NCBI GenBank assembly: GCA_051362555.1
Contig: CM120647.1
Location: forward strand, 2,108,001 to 2,172,000
DNA from: Lingula anatina
Lineage: Eukaryota; Animalia; Brachiopoda
Direction of reading: 5' to 3'
DNA length: 64,000 nt
This document shows positions 50,090 to 62,368 of this stretch, piece by piece; position 1 is the first letter of the stretch, and the number at the start of each line of letters is the position of its first letter. The translations under genes were made by a program, and so were the position numbers. The notes under the pieces were generated by a model. It had not been told where the DNA came from, did no database searches, and was given only the letters and a program-made list of their open reading frames with translations.

Positions 50090-50399
50090 TACACTCTACC
50101 AGGGCGACTTCGGTTTTCTACAGATATTTACAGATATGTCTCTAGAAAAAATAGTCATTTTGGTCTGATGTCACCCTGTTGAGGAATCTCAAGGCTGATT
50201 ACATGGCTGGTAATTGTTTGCATAACTGCTGAGGCACTGCCACTTGACAGGTCCAGTTTAAGTCTGCTTGACAGCAATCAAGACAGTTAATTGCTCTGAC
50301 AGGGTGACGTCAGACCAAAATGACTGTCTATTTATCTAGAGACATATATGTATATATATGAATATCTGTGAAAAATCGATGTCGCCCTGGTAGAGGGTA
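50090..50399. mobile_element. MITE family B, full-length fold-back copy, 9-bp TSD
   Basis: TAC(A)CTCTACCAGGGCGAC ... GTCGCCCTGGTAGAGGGTA; CCTCCACCC on both flanks; long inverted arms. Confidence 0.88.
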
Positions 50400-50427
50400 C
50401 CTCCACCCCCACATTCCCGAGAGCCTC

Positions 50428-50577
50428 CAGGGCCGTAGCCTGAGCAAAATGCCAGGGGGGGCAGTAAGCGGACACGAGGGGGCGAAGCTACCGAGGGGAG
50501 GAGGGTGTGGTGTGTAAAATTCCAAATTCCAGGGGGGGCAGCTGCCCCCCCTGCCCCCCCCGGAGGCTACGGCCCTG
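50428..50577. mobile_element. MITE family D-related, 5-bp TSD
   Basis: TIR CAGGGCCGTAGCC/GGCTACGGCCCTG; GCCTC on both flanks. Confidence 0.85.
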
Positions 50578-51663
50578 GCCTCGTCTCAAGCCCTGTCTCA
50601 TTGACCTGCATTGTAATATCACTGTGTATCTCGCCAGGAAGTGACTGCATAAGGGCGCCGTATATTAAGATGTGATATCTCCACTAGATAATGACGCCGC
50701 AAGGGGAAAAGGAAGACATTTAAAATGTGCTGTGTTACGCCGCTCAGGAAATGTCGGGTCTCTCTTTCAGGCCGAGAAATACGACTTGATATCACTCTGC
50801 AGTACCTAATTCTTTATTAAACTTTGTTACTTTCTAACTGGTTACACCCAACTGAACATAAAATATTTATAGTGTAAACTCAATCATGGTATCAGGGGAT
50901 GAAGCGCTAATTTAGTTTCCTGTACTTTATTTCCGGTTTTGCATTTTTTGCGAATGTGATAAATACAGTCATTAGCAAATAATGAATCCATAACGTATTC
51001 TATTGACGTATTATTAAAAGTCATTAATATTATGCAAACACACAGGGAGACATCCTGCCCGCTGTGAATTCTAACAAACCGTCAAAATCCACAAGGAACG
51101 TAATCTTTTTCATGGTTGGTACATGTATGGGAGTATCCTACATCTCTTCTGCAGATTAGTTTGGATTTTAATTAAGATCAATAATAAGAATAAAAATGGG
51201 CCGAGTGATTGTGAAAATGAGTAAAATAATGCTCTTCAGCGAGTTACTTATTTCATGTATTCAATTATTGGTGATGATATACCTGTACTTATACTATACT
51301 GACTTGATCAATATTCAGTGAGGACACAGGAATAGTTAATATAACTTATTGACATGTAGAGAAGTGATACAGTGTAGCGTTAGGATCCTTAGCCAGGAAA
51401 TTACAAAACCGGCCAGATATTCTGTTTTATATAAAGCTTTTCTTTTACTCCAGGACATATAAGAACAAACAAACATTTCTTGTAACAGAAAGAATTCAGA
51501 TTTGTTTACCGCTAAAACTTTCGTAGATAACGAACCAATTCCTAATGAAATTCCCCACATTAAAAAGTACTGATTTTCAGTTGGACTTAGTAGTAGTAGT
51601 AGAAATGTCAACAGAATGAAAAAAATATTTTTCTTTTTCTGCATTAACAGCCCAGACAACAAA

Positions 51664-54623
51664 ATGACGTCAAAACGTGCATTACCAGATGATAATACTG
51701 CGAGCAACGATGTGTTGCTAGGCAACGAATCTGACGTCACATGTGGTTGGTTTAATTGGCGACCAAAATGTCTTCAGGTAATAGTGAGTTTCATGGAATG
51801 TCAAATTTAGTATATTTTTAAGAACCATAACTTTCTGATGATCTTAATATGATACACTTTTAGGGATCGTTTTATACGCTTCAAATTATGAATGACGTGA
51901 CTGGAATGTATGTGATTTATTTTAATCAATATATGTTATAATATCTCGTTAGTTTGTACCCCTGACGTTTACAAGTACACTATTTCACTACCTGATAACT
52001 ATCATGGGACATAACCTGAACTGTGATTACAACAAGTTAATCAGGAATTAATCTCTACTGATTGCTAGATGTTTAAAGGTTTTGTTTATTTAATTTAATT
52101 TAATTTAATTTAATTTAATTTAATTCAACCATAATTTGGCAAACAGTCGTCAGGAATCTCTCAATGTGTTTGTATATTCTACATCACCAGGTATTTAGCT
52201 CGGCTAAGTGGCTGGTGGCCTTCCTATGCATCGCCAACTGCGCCCAGTCCATGGTGGCCGGGGGTCTCCTCTCAACTGTCATAGGGACGCTGGAGAAGCG
52301 GTTCCAACTCACGAGCACCCAGACTGGCATCATTTCGTCCAGCTACGACATGGGGACGGTCCCCGCCCTCTGCGTCATTGCCGTCATAGGGAGACGAACC
52401 AACAGGCCGCGGTTCATAGCGGCTGGCCTAACCCTGGTCGCAATAGCAACCTTTATGTTCAGTCTTGGTCATTTTACAACAGGACGATATGTGTCCACTG
52501 CGGCGTCATCTGTTGACGAGAATATTTGCGTTTTGAACTCCACGTCTACTGCAGGGTGTGGCCGAGAAGAGTTGGCTGATTTCTCAGGAAAAGGATTGTC
52601 GAATTATTTTTATTTGTTCGTTTTGTCGTATTTCCTTGTTGGAATAGGGTCCTCCCCAATATATACCGTGGGTGTGACATTCATGGACGACTGTCTCACC
52701 AAGGAGAACGCTTCTTTTTGTATAGGTAGGTACGCAGGCTTTAGATTACAGGGTCGTAGGCTGCGGTGGAGGGTGGGGAGTGCCCCCCCCCCCCCTCCAA
52801 GAGTTTTTTTTTTTTAATACAATTTTGAGGTTCTCTATATAATGTATTTTAGCCTTTTCCATTCTATCATGGAAATACATACTACAGGAAATACAAACAA
52901 CCTGCTTAAACTTCAACAGATAATCCAAGAATAATACGACCATGAAATATTAGTGATGGTATACATATTTAATATTGTCGGTGAAAACGCTGCCTTACAT
53001 AGGCCGTACCATGCGACCACGTGAACCTTGCTATGCTTTCTCTCCTTTATAAAATGTAAAATGACCCTACTTTGTAAAAACTCAGTTACGTTTGGAGTGT
53101 GGGAAGGGAAATGACAGACGAAGTTGCCCCTCCCCACCCCCGGTCCTGAACTGTGAGTGGCAGGGATATGAAGTGGTGTTAACTTCCAGTAATTCTGATA
53201 TGTTTTCTTCCCCGTGGTGTCTTTCCAGCTGTGTTCTACGCCACTGGTGTCCTAGGCCCGGTGCTGGCCTACATCCTGCAGGCGGTCATTGTGGAGGAGG
53301 TCTACGTGGATGCGGACGTTCTGAGCGCAGCAAGGTGAGAGTCCATCACAGTGGCGTATTTAGGGTGGTGTCGGGGGGGGGGGGGGTCCTGACGGAGAAA
53401 ATCACACCAATGGTCCCCTCTCGAAATAAGAATTTCGACTAGCTGAATCACAGTTCGAAATGGCACCATACTTTCTCTAAAATATCAAAACTTTTCGGGT
53501 CCCTTCAGCAAATATACGCTAAGGAGGAGGGGGGGGGGAGTATCAGCTATGCATCAGCGGACCCACCACCTTTAAATGATCCTGGATCCGCCCCTGCATC
53601 AGGGAGTAATCAATAACGCTGGCGATAGCATGATATAAAGAAGGAGGCAGTTCTACCTCCCCTGGCCCTCAATCTCTACCTAACGTAACAACTAGAACAA
53701 TTCTGACTTCACCTTAAGTGTTATGGCCACGTAAAACTCCACCCCACCCTCTGTCGAGAGAGTCTTGGGAATCCAATGCGGCGCAGTTTGGCCGCTGTAC
53801 AGGTGAGCCCACCTGTCAGCGACGTACACATTTAGTAGTATATTTGCATAACAGTCTCATAGCCCTTTTTAAATTAATCTTAATTACAATCCGAGGAGGA
53901 TCCTATATTACAAATCAGAGATCATTGCGATCAGATGTGCACAAATGAAGAATTAAGCAAAAAAAGTACTATTGACAATGAAGATTACAAGCACTACATG
54001 AATACTACAACTTGTAAGCCATGCAGGATTTTTATAACTTCTGTCAATTTAACGATTGCAACCCTAAATGCTTAGATTTCTTCGTTGGCACCTTCACTAT
54101 CTATTTATGATATTTAAAAAGCGGGTACAACGGTTTTTGCTGTTAGACGAATTCTATTATACTCTATTTAATTCATTAATTTACTAATTTATTGGCAGTG
54201 GCATTCTTTAATTTTGTTTTTTACGTCTTTGAACATTGTTTATATTCACAATAGTTTCATTTAACAGTTTATCTGTAGAGAAGGGGAGCAACGCCTGGCT
54301 CGGCGCTTGGTGGATTGGGTATATTATAGCAGCGTCTCTTGTGGCGATGATGATTCTCCCTATAGGTGGACTTCCGCAAGACATGCCAGGTTCTTGTCAT
54401 TAAATTAACATTGGCTATATCTGAGTTTAATTTTTATTAAAGAGGATAGAACTTTGTGAAAAGACATGCTGTCGCAAAGCGTATCAGTCATTTCTTCCTT
54501 GTTTTATTTGTTCTTATTTTATTAACAATTTATTCTTAGTAGATTTGACCATTTTGCTAGTTAACGAATTTTCAGAAATATGTTATAAAGCGTCTGTATC
54601 ATTTTAACCATACAGTATTTTTG

Positions 54624-54656
<33 letters not shown>

Positions 54657-57600
54657 TTCTAGGTTCATTTCCATTTCTAGGCGCGAAAAAAATCCGGGAA
54701 AGTAAAATATCAGAAGTGCATACCTCTTCAGACGACAACTCCAATGACGTCATGACCACCACGCCTACAGGCCTTGAAACCAAGGTAACCGCCAAGCAGT
54801 GCTGTCAATCAATACAGGTTCTCTTCACCAATCCCGTGTACATGTTCATCACAGCGAGCGCCATCTGTGAGCAGTTTATTGTGAGCGGATTCACGTATTT
54901 TGGGCCAAAATATATTTCAGAGCAATTCTTGACATCTGAAGGACTAGCCGGATCACTGTGGGGTAAGGGTAATCAGAAACGGTATTTTTTTTTCTTTTGT
55001 CCACACTTTCTTTATTTTTCAATGCGAATCGTGCCCTGTTCAATATTTCAGAACATGGCATTTTGTCAGTGATTGTGCTGTTTCGGAAAGATCTCTAAGG
55101 CGCGGACCACAGGTACAAATTGAATGATAGATATTTAACTGGGCCTACACCATTCCCTATGTATAAAGGCATGAACGCTTTTCATATGTGTCATTTGGGG
55201 GAATATTGTTTTCATAGGCGCTGGGTTTCCAGTGGATAAAGTTTTTTTTTCAAAAAATTAGTTGTAATTTACAGTATTGGCATTTCTTAGGGATAAGGGG
55301 AACCGAAGTAATTTAGAATTCAGAATCAGGGTCTCTATGATAAAAAAATATAATTTTTTCCTTGACAAGGAGGTCTGCCCTTTTCAAGTGCACTCTAGTT
55401 CAAAATTTTGGTATTCGTCAACGTGATTTTGTTATTGTTTCAGGTGCAGTCGCCATTCCCGGCGCGGTGGGAGGGACAGTGGCAGGTGGAATCGTCATCA
55501 AGCGGTACCGTATGACCTGCAAGACCATTCTGAAAACAAATTTCTTTCTCGTGTTCATTTCTCTCCTGTTCGTCCCAGTGTTTTTTCTACAGTGCCCAAA
55601 TCTGGAGTTTGCTGGGATTACTACGGGATATCACAATGGCAGGTAATATGCAGGGGCGGATTGAGGCCGTCTTCTGGGTCTTCCAGATTTTCAATTTTAC
55701 ATCGACGGGCATCTAATTTTTTTCTGTTGGAAGACAGTCCAAAACGGAGGATGGATCAACAAAGATAGTTTGGAAAACTGTCCAAAAATATCTCTGAATC
55801 CGCTCCTGATATAGCCTTGTTGAAAGTGGCAATTGATTGGCGCTTATTTCAGGAGGAGATTGGTCAGCCGTACCATCTGTCACCGTCCTCTGAGAGAGGG
55901 TCAGAATTATAATCCCAACCACCATGAAATTATTCTAAATTACGATTTATATCATAGGCAGGGGCGGATCCAGGTTTATTTGAAGGGGGTCCGTTTTTTT
56001 TTTGGAATGACAGGCCTCGGATTTTTGAGGGCGAACGGTGCCATTTGGTACGATTTAGAACTATGATTAAGCTTTACTATCTACAATTAAAAAGACCCAG
56101 TTCAATAGAAAATGGAACGAATTTTTATATCAACCCTGTATCAATTTCTGATTCCCCATCGAGTAAATTCTAAATCATTCTTACGTATATGAAGATTAAA
56201 ATAGATTAAAAATAAATGAAGAGAGAGCGAGACAGGTTGAACACAAAGAATGGAAATTAACGGTATTTCGGTACAGAGTTTACTTGTGAATGACCCTTAA
56301 ATCGGGGCTTAAGTAAGCTCAGTATCTGTGGGTATTTCTAAGGGCGAAAAAAAGGAAGCCAAGATATGAAGTTGACTCGTGCACAATTAATTGAATGCAC
56401 TTCATTTCTTTACGTACTAAAAGAGAGGAATGTCAAGACTCGCCTACCGCCCCCGGTTCCTTTGTTTAAACCCCTTTGACTTTTCTGCTGACAAACCGAC
56501 TTTTCTCGACCTGAGCTCAAAACTACGGATGATTTTTTACCTAATCTGGGTTATAGAAACAAGTCAAAGATGTTTCTCTACGATAGATTAGTTAAAAAAT
56601 AACCGAGAGAAAAAGGCTTCATTCTTAGTGTTACTTGCGGTATGAAACATTTACATGTATATACTGCTCGTAGAATATAAATTCCAAAAAGCATGCCATA
56701 AAATCTATAACATTATAATATGCGCCTCCGAACAAAAACTTCATAGAATGAGGCAAAGCAAAGATGCTGTTGTTAATGCTGAATTAATTTGGTTTTTACT
56801 TAAAAAAATAGAAAAAAATAAATTAGATAAAAAAGTGTTTTCAAGTAAATATTCAATAAAATATTAATTCTCTTGCGGCGTAGCATCCATTTTATATATA
56901 ATGAAAATATAATTTTTACCAATCTGATTAAATACAGGATAAAATATAGAACGAACAACTTCAATTTCAAAGGCTCTATTCCCATAGATTTTAGATCGAT
57001 CTATCCCCGCGGGGAGTCTCACTAGATTACTTTCAGATAATCCGACTTAAATGTTCGTCCCGCCTACTACAAGCTGTAAGTGGGTAATTAACTTTCGTGT
57101 CCGCCCGGCTGACAGCTATTTAGCGTGAACCCCCAGGGAGTTAGGTCGATCTAAAGTAGGTCGATCTAATCTATGGAAATGGGGTGTTTGATTAAACCAG
57201 CCCGACTTATTCCACTATAAATTTATTAATTTTCACACGTTATTGAGTTTTTTCTTTTTATTATTTTTATGAAGTACTAACAGTATATCGCAGATTAAAG
57301 CTCGAAATACTGTCAATGCATTGCATCAAATTGTTTTAATTTGTCAGTTTTAATTTTGTAGTTTATTTGAAAACAACAGTTTTCACGCACGCTCCTGTCA
57401 ATATACAGAGACGGGCTACTTATTTCCCCGGCCCTTTATAAGGAACGAACAAAACCGGTAGTTTTTAATTTTACCTGGCCACTAACAACATTATCTCGGC
57501 CTTTTCCCTCCGTAGCACATGAAAAAAATGACAAGGTTTTTATACCATTCGTTTTTTTTAAATGATCCAAAAATATTCATTTTGTGTAAAAGAACATGAG

Positions 57601-60600
57601 TACGATTAAAGTAATATAAGTTCCGATTTCGTACGAGCACCAAAGAAAGGATTATGAAGTAACATACATCGACAACAACACTAATTCATGTATAGTCATT
57701 TCACATCATTTCCAAAAAAATTGACGACTAATTTTAGTACAAGAACCCGGGACTCTTTCACGTTGTTAAATTTCAGTCTCTCGGTTGAAATAAAAAACCC
57801 GATGTTTTTTAACGCGCTGCAAGAAAAAAAAAAGAAAAGAAAATGCCCCCTACCTCCAGAATGTTACGACATGTATTGTTATAGACAGGTATGAATCAAA
57901 TTCAAACAGGCTAATTCAACTTTGATGGAAGCTGTCAAGCGCACACGACTATGAATGACTGTTGTTTTTTTTTTAACAAACGTCAAATACAATTACTACA
58001 CTCTTCTCTCCGAACATGTAAAACTCCAAAATTCACATCTTTTGATTGACAAGATGCCAATCAAATCCATCAGTTTTGAAAGCTGCTGTCAAGTAGTAAC
58101 AGCTTGATTGGCAGGTTATATAAACAAACGTCGATCAAAATCATTACTATAGTCGTCTAACACGTAAAGTTGCAGCTTCCTACATCCTTTGATTGACAAG
58201 CTGCCAATCAAATTCAGTTAGTTTTGATAGTTGCTGTCAAATAGTAACAGCTTGATTGGCAGGTTATATAAACAAACGTCAATCGTCGTGCACTGTGATT
58301 TCTCTTACTGTGAAGCAGTGAGTACGCCAAAAGAGAGCGCTAAAATCTGAAGTTAGTAATTAAATTGCAAAATATTTCAAGAGAATATGTGAAACATGTT
58401 TCCAAAACTAGTTCTCTTTTTGAACCCTTCAGCGTGTCTAATACGACACTCTAGATTACAAACTATTTTGTAAAAAGAAGAATTTAGCAAAAGAAACCAA
58501 TTTAAAAACAGATTCAAGTAAAGAAACATGACATTTGACTTTTTTTTTTGTATTATGTTTGGAATATTGACAGATTCTTTTACTGTCAAAGTGTACTTTC
58601 TGCTAAATAAATAAATAAAACGATACTAATTCATCTTCATTAAAGGTGACATTCGTGTTGTGGTTGAAGTAGGTGGTTTAATTGGCTAAATGTTAGCAAG
58701 GACCCGTGATAATAAGTGGATGGGAAACAAAAATATTACTGTGAACAAAAATATTACTGTGAACTATTCTCTAGACATTTTCAACAAACAAACCGCTACT
58801 TCGCTCTTGTAACTATTTTGTTAGTTTATTTTACTGCAGTAAAGCGTGGATAAAATAGTTCCGAACGCCCTCACAGTGCCAGGGCAGGGGCGGATCCAGG
58901 ATTATTTGAAGGGGGGTCCGGAAGGACAGACCTCGGATACGAAGCCGACCATTGCCCCCTTTGTGTGGGGTTTGGGGCCTGCTCAACGCCCCCAACAAAG
59001 AATTATGTTTTGGAGAGCAAACAGTGCCCTTTGGTATGGTTTAGAACTATGATTTAGCTAGCCAAAATTCTAATTTCAAGAGGGGAATATTGGTGTGATA
59101 TATTTTTCAGAAATCGAAGGTGGGGTCAGGACCCCTTCACCCCCCCTCCCCTCCCCTCTAAATCCGCCACCGATAGGAGTGAACTGTCGTCTTAACTCTA
59201 GTGTGATAACCATATAATTATGTTTGGATGTTTTGAGACTGTGAGTTAAGATGTTTAGATTCGCTCTTGCACCAGGGTAGCACATGCAGGGATATTGATC
59301 TCAATGTTGTCTAAGTCGGGGTTTGTTTCATTGAGGTTTGCAAAAGTTTATTGCAGAAACAAGGGTGAATCGGAAACAACAATATTGAAATGTATCCAAG
59401 ATACATGTTATTAACGATGCATGCCCTCAATCTCATGATAGTAAAAACAATTCTAAGTATAATGGTTAAGCCTATTTTGACTTATGTATTTAGTTTGACT
59501 TATTTTTTTTTCTTATTGTTGTGACCGAAGTTTTTTTTTTTTTTTTAATTTAAAAAATTAAAAAATTTTAAAACATTATAGGTATGGATAAGATATAATG
59601 AAGAAGAATATCTTGTTTCAGTGACGTTGGCTTCACCAGTGTATGTAACACAGAGTGCGACTGCTCTGCTCTCCAGTACAACCCTGTGTGTGGATCAGAC
59701 CTGGTCACCTACTACTCCCCCTGCCACGCAGGCTGTCTCAACTGGACCACGATAGGGGGCGCCAAGGTACAATGTTAGAAGTTATTATCACATGCATTTA
59801 GTGAAATCTCGCGACTGTAAGACAGAATGCACACCATCACTGTAGCGTGTCACAAAACCGTTCTTTGGGTTTTCCTGTTTGAATGAATCTTGATGTTATT
59901 CACAAGGATTTTACTATGTGCCTTTGTTACAATTAAATAATTAATCTGACGCCTCAAAAGTTGCACATTTTTACGTACTTTTACATTAAGGATCTGTGAT
60001 TCTTAGTTCTAAATTGCTGGCAACTAACAAACAAGTAAAGAGACTGCTTTTTCACCGAATTATCCCGAATTCACCGGCAGATCGGACCACACTACCCGTT
60101 TTCAAGGTGTGTGTCGGTACGCATTTCACAGTATCATACCCTGAACAAATTTTGAGATGAGATGTACTACTTTCCAGCCCCGCTGAGAATCATCACTATC
60201 ACATCGCGTACTGGGCAAAAGCGGTGGCGCGTCTGATACTACAAAGCGCGTACTGACGCACATCTTGAAAACTGGCAGTGTGGTCCGATATGCCGGTGAA
60301 TTCAGGATCATTCGGTACCGAGTCTGGTAGTTGGGTAGGCCTGTTTTTAGTTATTAATCATTTATTGTTTTTGTTTAGACGTATACGAACTGCAGGTGTG
60401 TAGCAGCGAGTCCATCAGTGAATGCGACTGCCGTGGACAGTGCTTGTACTGGCCTGTGTCCAGTGGCGCCACTGGTCGGATATCTGTTCATACTCCTCAT
60501 ACTCATGTTATTGGTGTTTGCCGCCAGTGTTTGCGGAATTATGGGAACGTTAAGGTATTCATTTTTATTACTTCCAACTCCTTATCTTCTTGGCGAGTAA

Positions 60601-61538
60601 TTTACCACAAAGCGTCGATTCGACGTCAGAATTGTCGTAGAAATTACGTTGTACGTAATGAAGACCGCCATACGCACAAAGAAAGCGTCTCATAAATGCT
60701 GTAATTAACACCTGCTCTGCTTCTAAATACGCCCACGCCCAATTTAAATAGTAGAATGTTATTTGAACAAAGTTTACACATGGCTGTTTACCAGTAGATT
60801 CAACAAAACAGTGGACGAGGTGATAAGGAGACTGAAGTGTTGATAAGGAGACTTAAAATTTTAGACCGATTTTTGGGCTAAAGTAATTGTGTTAGACCAT
60901 CTCCCTGATGCCCCAGTTCACGTACAATGATTCTTGTGTAAAACCGCTTTTCTTCTTCCCTCCAGGTCAATCCCGAGCTCAGAGAGGGCAGTCGGGATAT
61001 CCGTCCAGTGGATTCTTCTAAGGAGTTTTGGTAGGAGTTGACTTCTGTCGTTTCAAACTGATCAAACAATATTCATCTTTGAAAATTATCGTATCATCAA
61101 ATTCCCTGAATAAAACTTTTTGATGAGATTTTGTTCGAATGAGTTGATTTCATGCATATTTCCCTCAGATTGAAATACTTTCTGTATAATTATGGTAGTG
61201 ATGGTACACACATATCCACTATTTTGTTCAAGATGTTAATTTTTTGTTACTTTTTTCTTTCAGGTTTTATCCCCGGTGGCATTGCCTTCGGGCATTTCTT
61301 CGATAAAACATGTCTTCTGTGGCAGACGACATGCGATGAGTCAACAACCAGTGCTTGCCTCTTTTACGACAACTGGTCGCTAGGTGTGCACATGTTAGTA
61401 GTTTGCGGTGTATTAAAGACAACCTCTCTGTTATTCGTCACGCTGGCATGGAAGCTTTATAAACCACCTCTGCCGCCAGATTTGAATTACGACAATGGTC
61501 AGGCGGTCAATGAAGAGACAGACAGTACTCGCTTGTGA
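51664..61538 (+). CDS. SLCO: Organic anion transporting polypeptide (OATP/SLCO family), paralog 2, 672 aa
   Basis: 10 phase-consistent GT-AG exons: 51664-51777, 52191-52725, 53229-53334, 54268-54389, 54681-54962, 55444-55642, 59622-59766, 60379-60554, 60966-61030, 61264-61538 (2019 nt). Motifs LEKRFQLTSTQTGIISSSYD, NAWLGAWWIGY, Kazal-like CNTECDC..YNPVCGSD..YYSPCHAGC, PGGIAFGHFFDKTCLLWQ. Confidence 0.95.
53349..53596. mobile_element. MITE family D, 5-bp TSD
   Basis: CAGTGGCGTAT ... GGATCCGCCCCTG; CATCA on both flanks. Confidence 0.8.
55651..55808 (-). mobile_element. MITE family D
   Basis: Inverted homolog of 4683-4846; flanks ATATG/ATATA. Confidence 0.8.
56972..57186. mobile_element. MITE family A
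   Basis: Near-identical reverse complement of 16318-16532. Confidence 0.85.
58034..58284. repeat. Direct duplication of ~100-bp block
   Basis: TTTGATTGACAAG..GCCAATCAAAT...AGTAACAGCTTGATTGGCAGGTTATATAAACAAACGTC occurs twice, ~148 bp apart. Confidence 0.85.
58885..59172 (+). mobile_element. MITE family D (longer subfamily)
   Basis: CAGGGGCGGATCCAGGATTATTTGAAGGGGGGTCCG ... AATCCGCCACCG; homologous to 4297-4563. Confidence 0.75.
60053..60343. mobile_element. MITE family C (fold-back, left tip eroded)
   Basis: Inverted arms GAATTCACCGGCAGATCGGACCACACT / AGTGTGGTCCGATATGCCGGTGAATTC; ends GTTGGGTAGGCCTG. Confidence 0.8.
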
Positions 61539-62202
61539 TACATGTCGTACTCTCCGAAAACATGCGATCACCATGAATTTCCTTTATGAGCACATTCTGT
61601 TTTTAAGTTGTGTATCCTGACAGAGAAAGGCATCTTCTTCACGCCGTATGTGACATTTTATAAACAGTATTTTACTTAACATACATGTACAGTACATGTA
61701 GGCGGAGCAGGCGTGAACACTGCATTTCATTATTTTTAGCATTTCGTATTTTTATGCATTCCACATACATTGTAACATATGCTAAAAGCAAAAGTATAAA
61801 CCTATATGTTTATGTCAATACATTTACAAATACAATGAATAACATTCTTTAAAAACGTTTTGAGTTATGACTAATACAAACGCATACAGAGTCATAATTT
61901 GATGGACAGATGATTATATCATAGTGGCAAAGTGTAGGACCTTTAACAAGTACAAAAGCTTATTCTTCTTTAATTTATTTGAGGACAAGCTATACTTTCT
62001 GATCATAATTTTGATTTTTGATCATACATTATGCACCTAAAATCGGTTGTTAGGGCGACTACGTCCTAGCTGTAACTGCCATTTTCTTTGAACCCGAAGA
62101 CAAGGAAATGTCCAATAGGGGTTGGTTAAAATACTACCTAAACCGACTAAGTTACGTAAAAAATCTACAGTAGAATTTTCATGCTCTGTATCACTTTGGA
62201 GT

Positions 62203-62368
62203 CGGTGTGACAGGCATGGTAGTCCTAGGAATGGAAGTCCAGGGTTCCAATATGATTATTTCAGATTAGGGTTAGTCGGAGTATTGGGATAAATATATGG
62301 AACGAATAACTGTACAGAGAAATGGGGAACGGACTACGGTTCCTAGCAGACTACCATTTCTGTCACAC
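62203..62368 (+). mobile_element. MITE family E
   Basis: GGTGTGACAGGCATGGTAGTC ... GACTACCATTTCTGTCACAC; homolog of 21797-21978. Confidence 0.7.
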
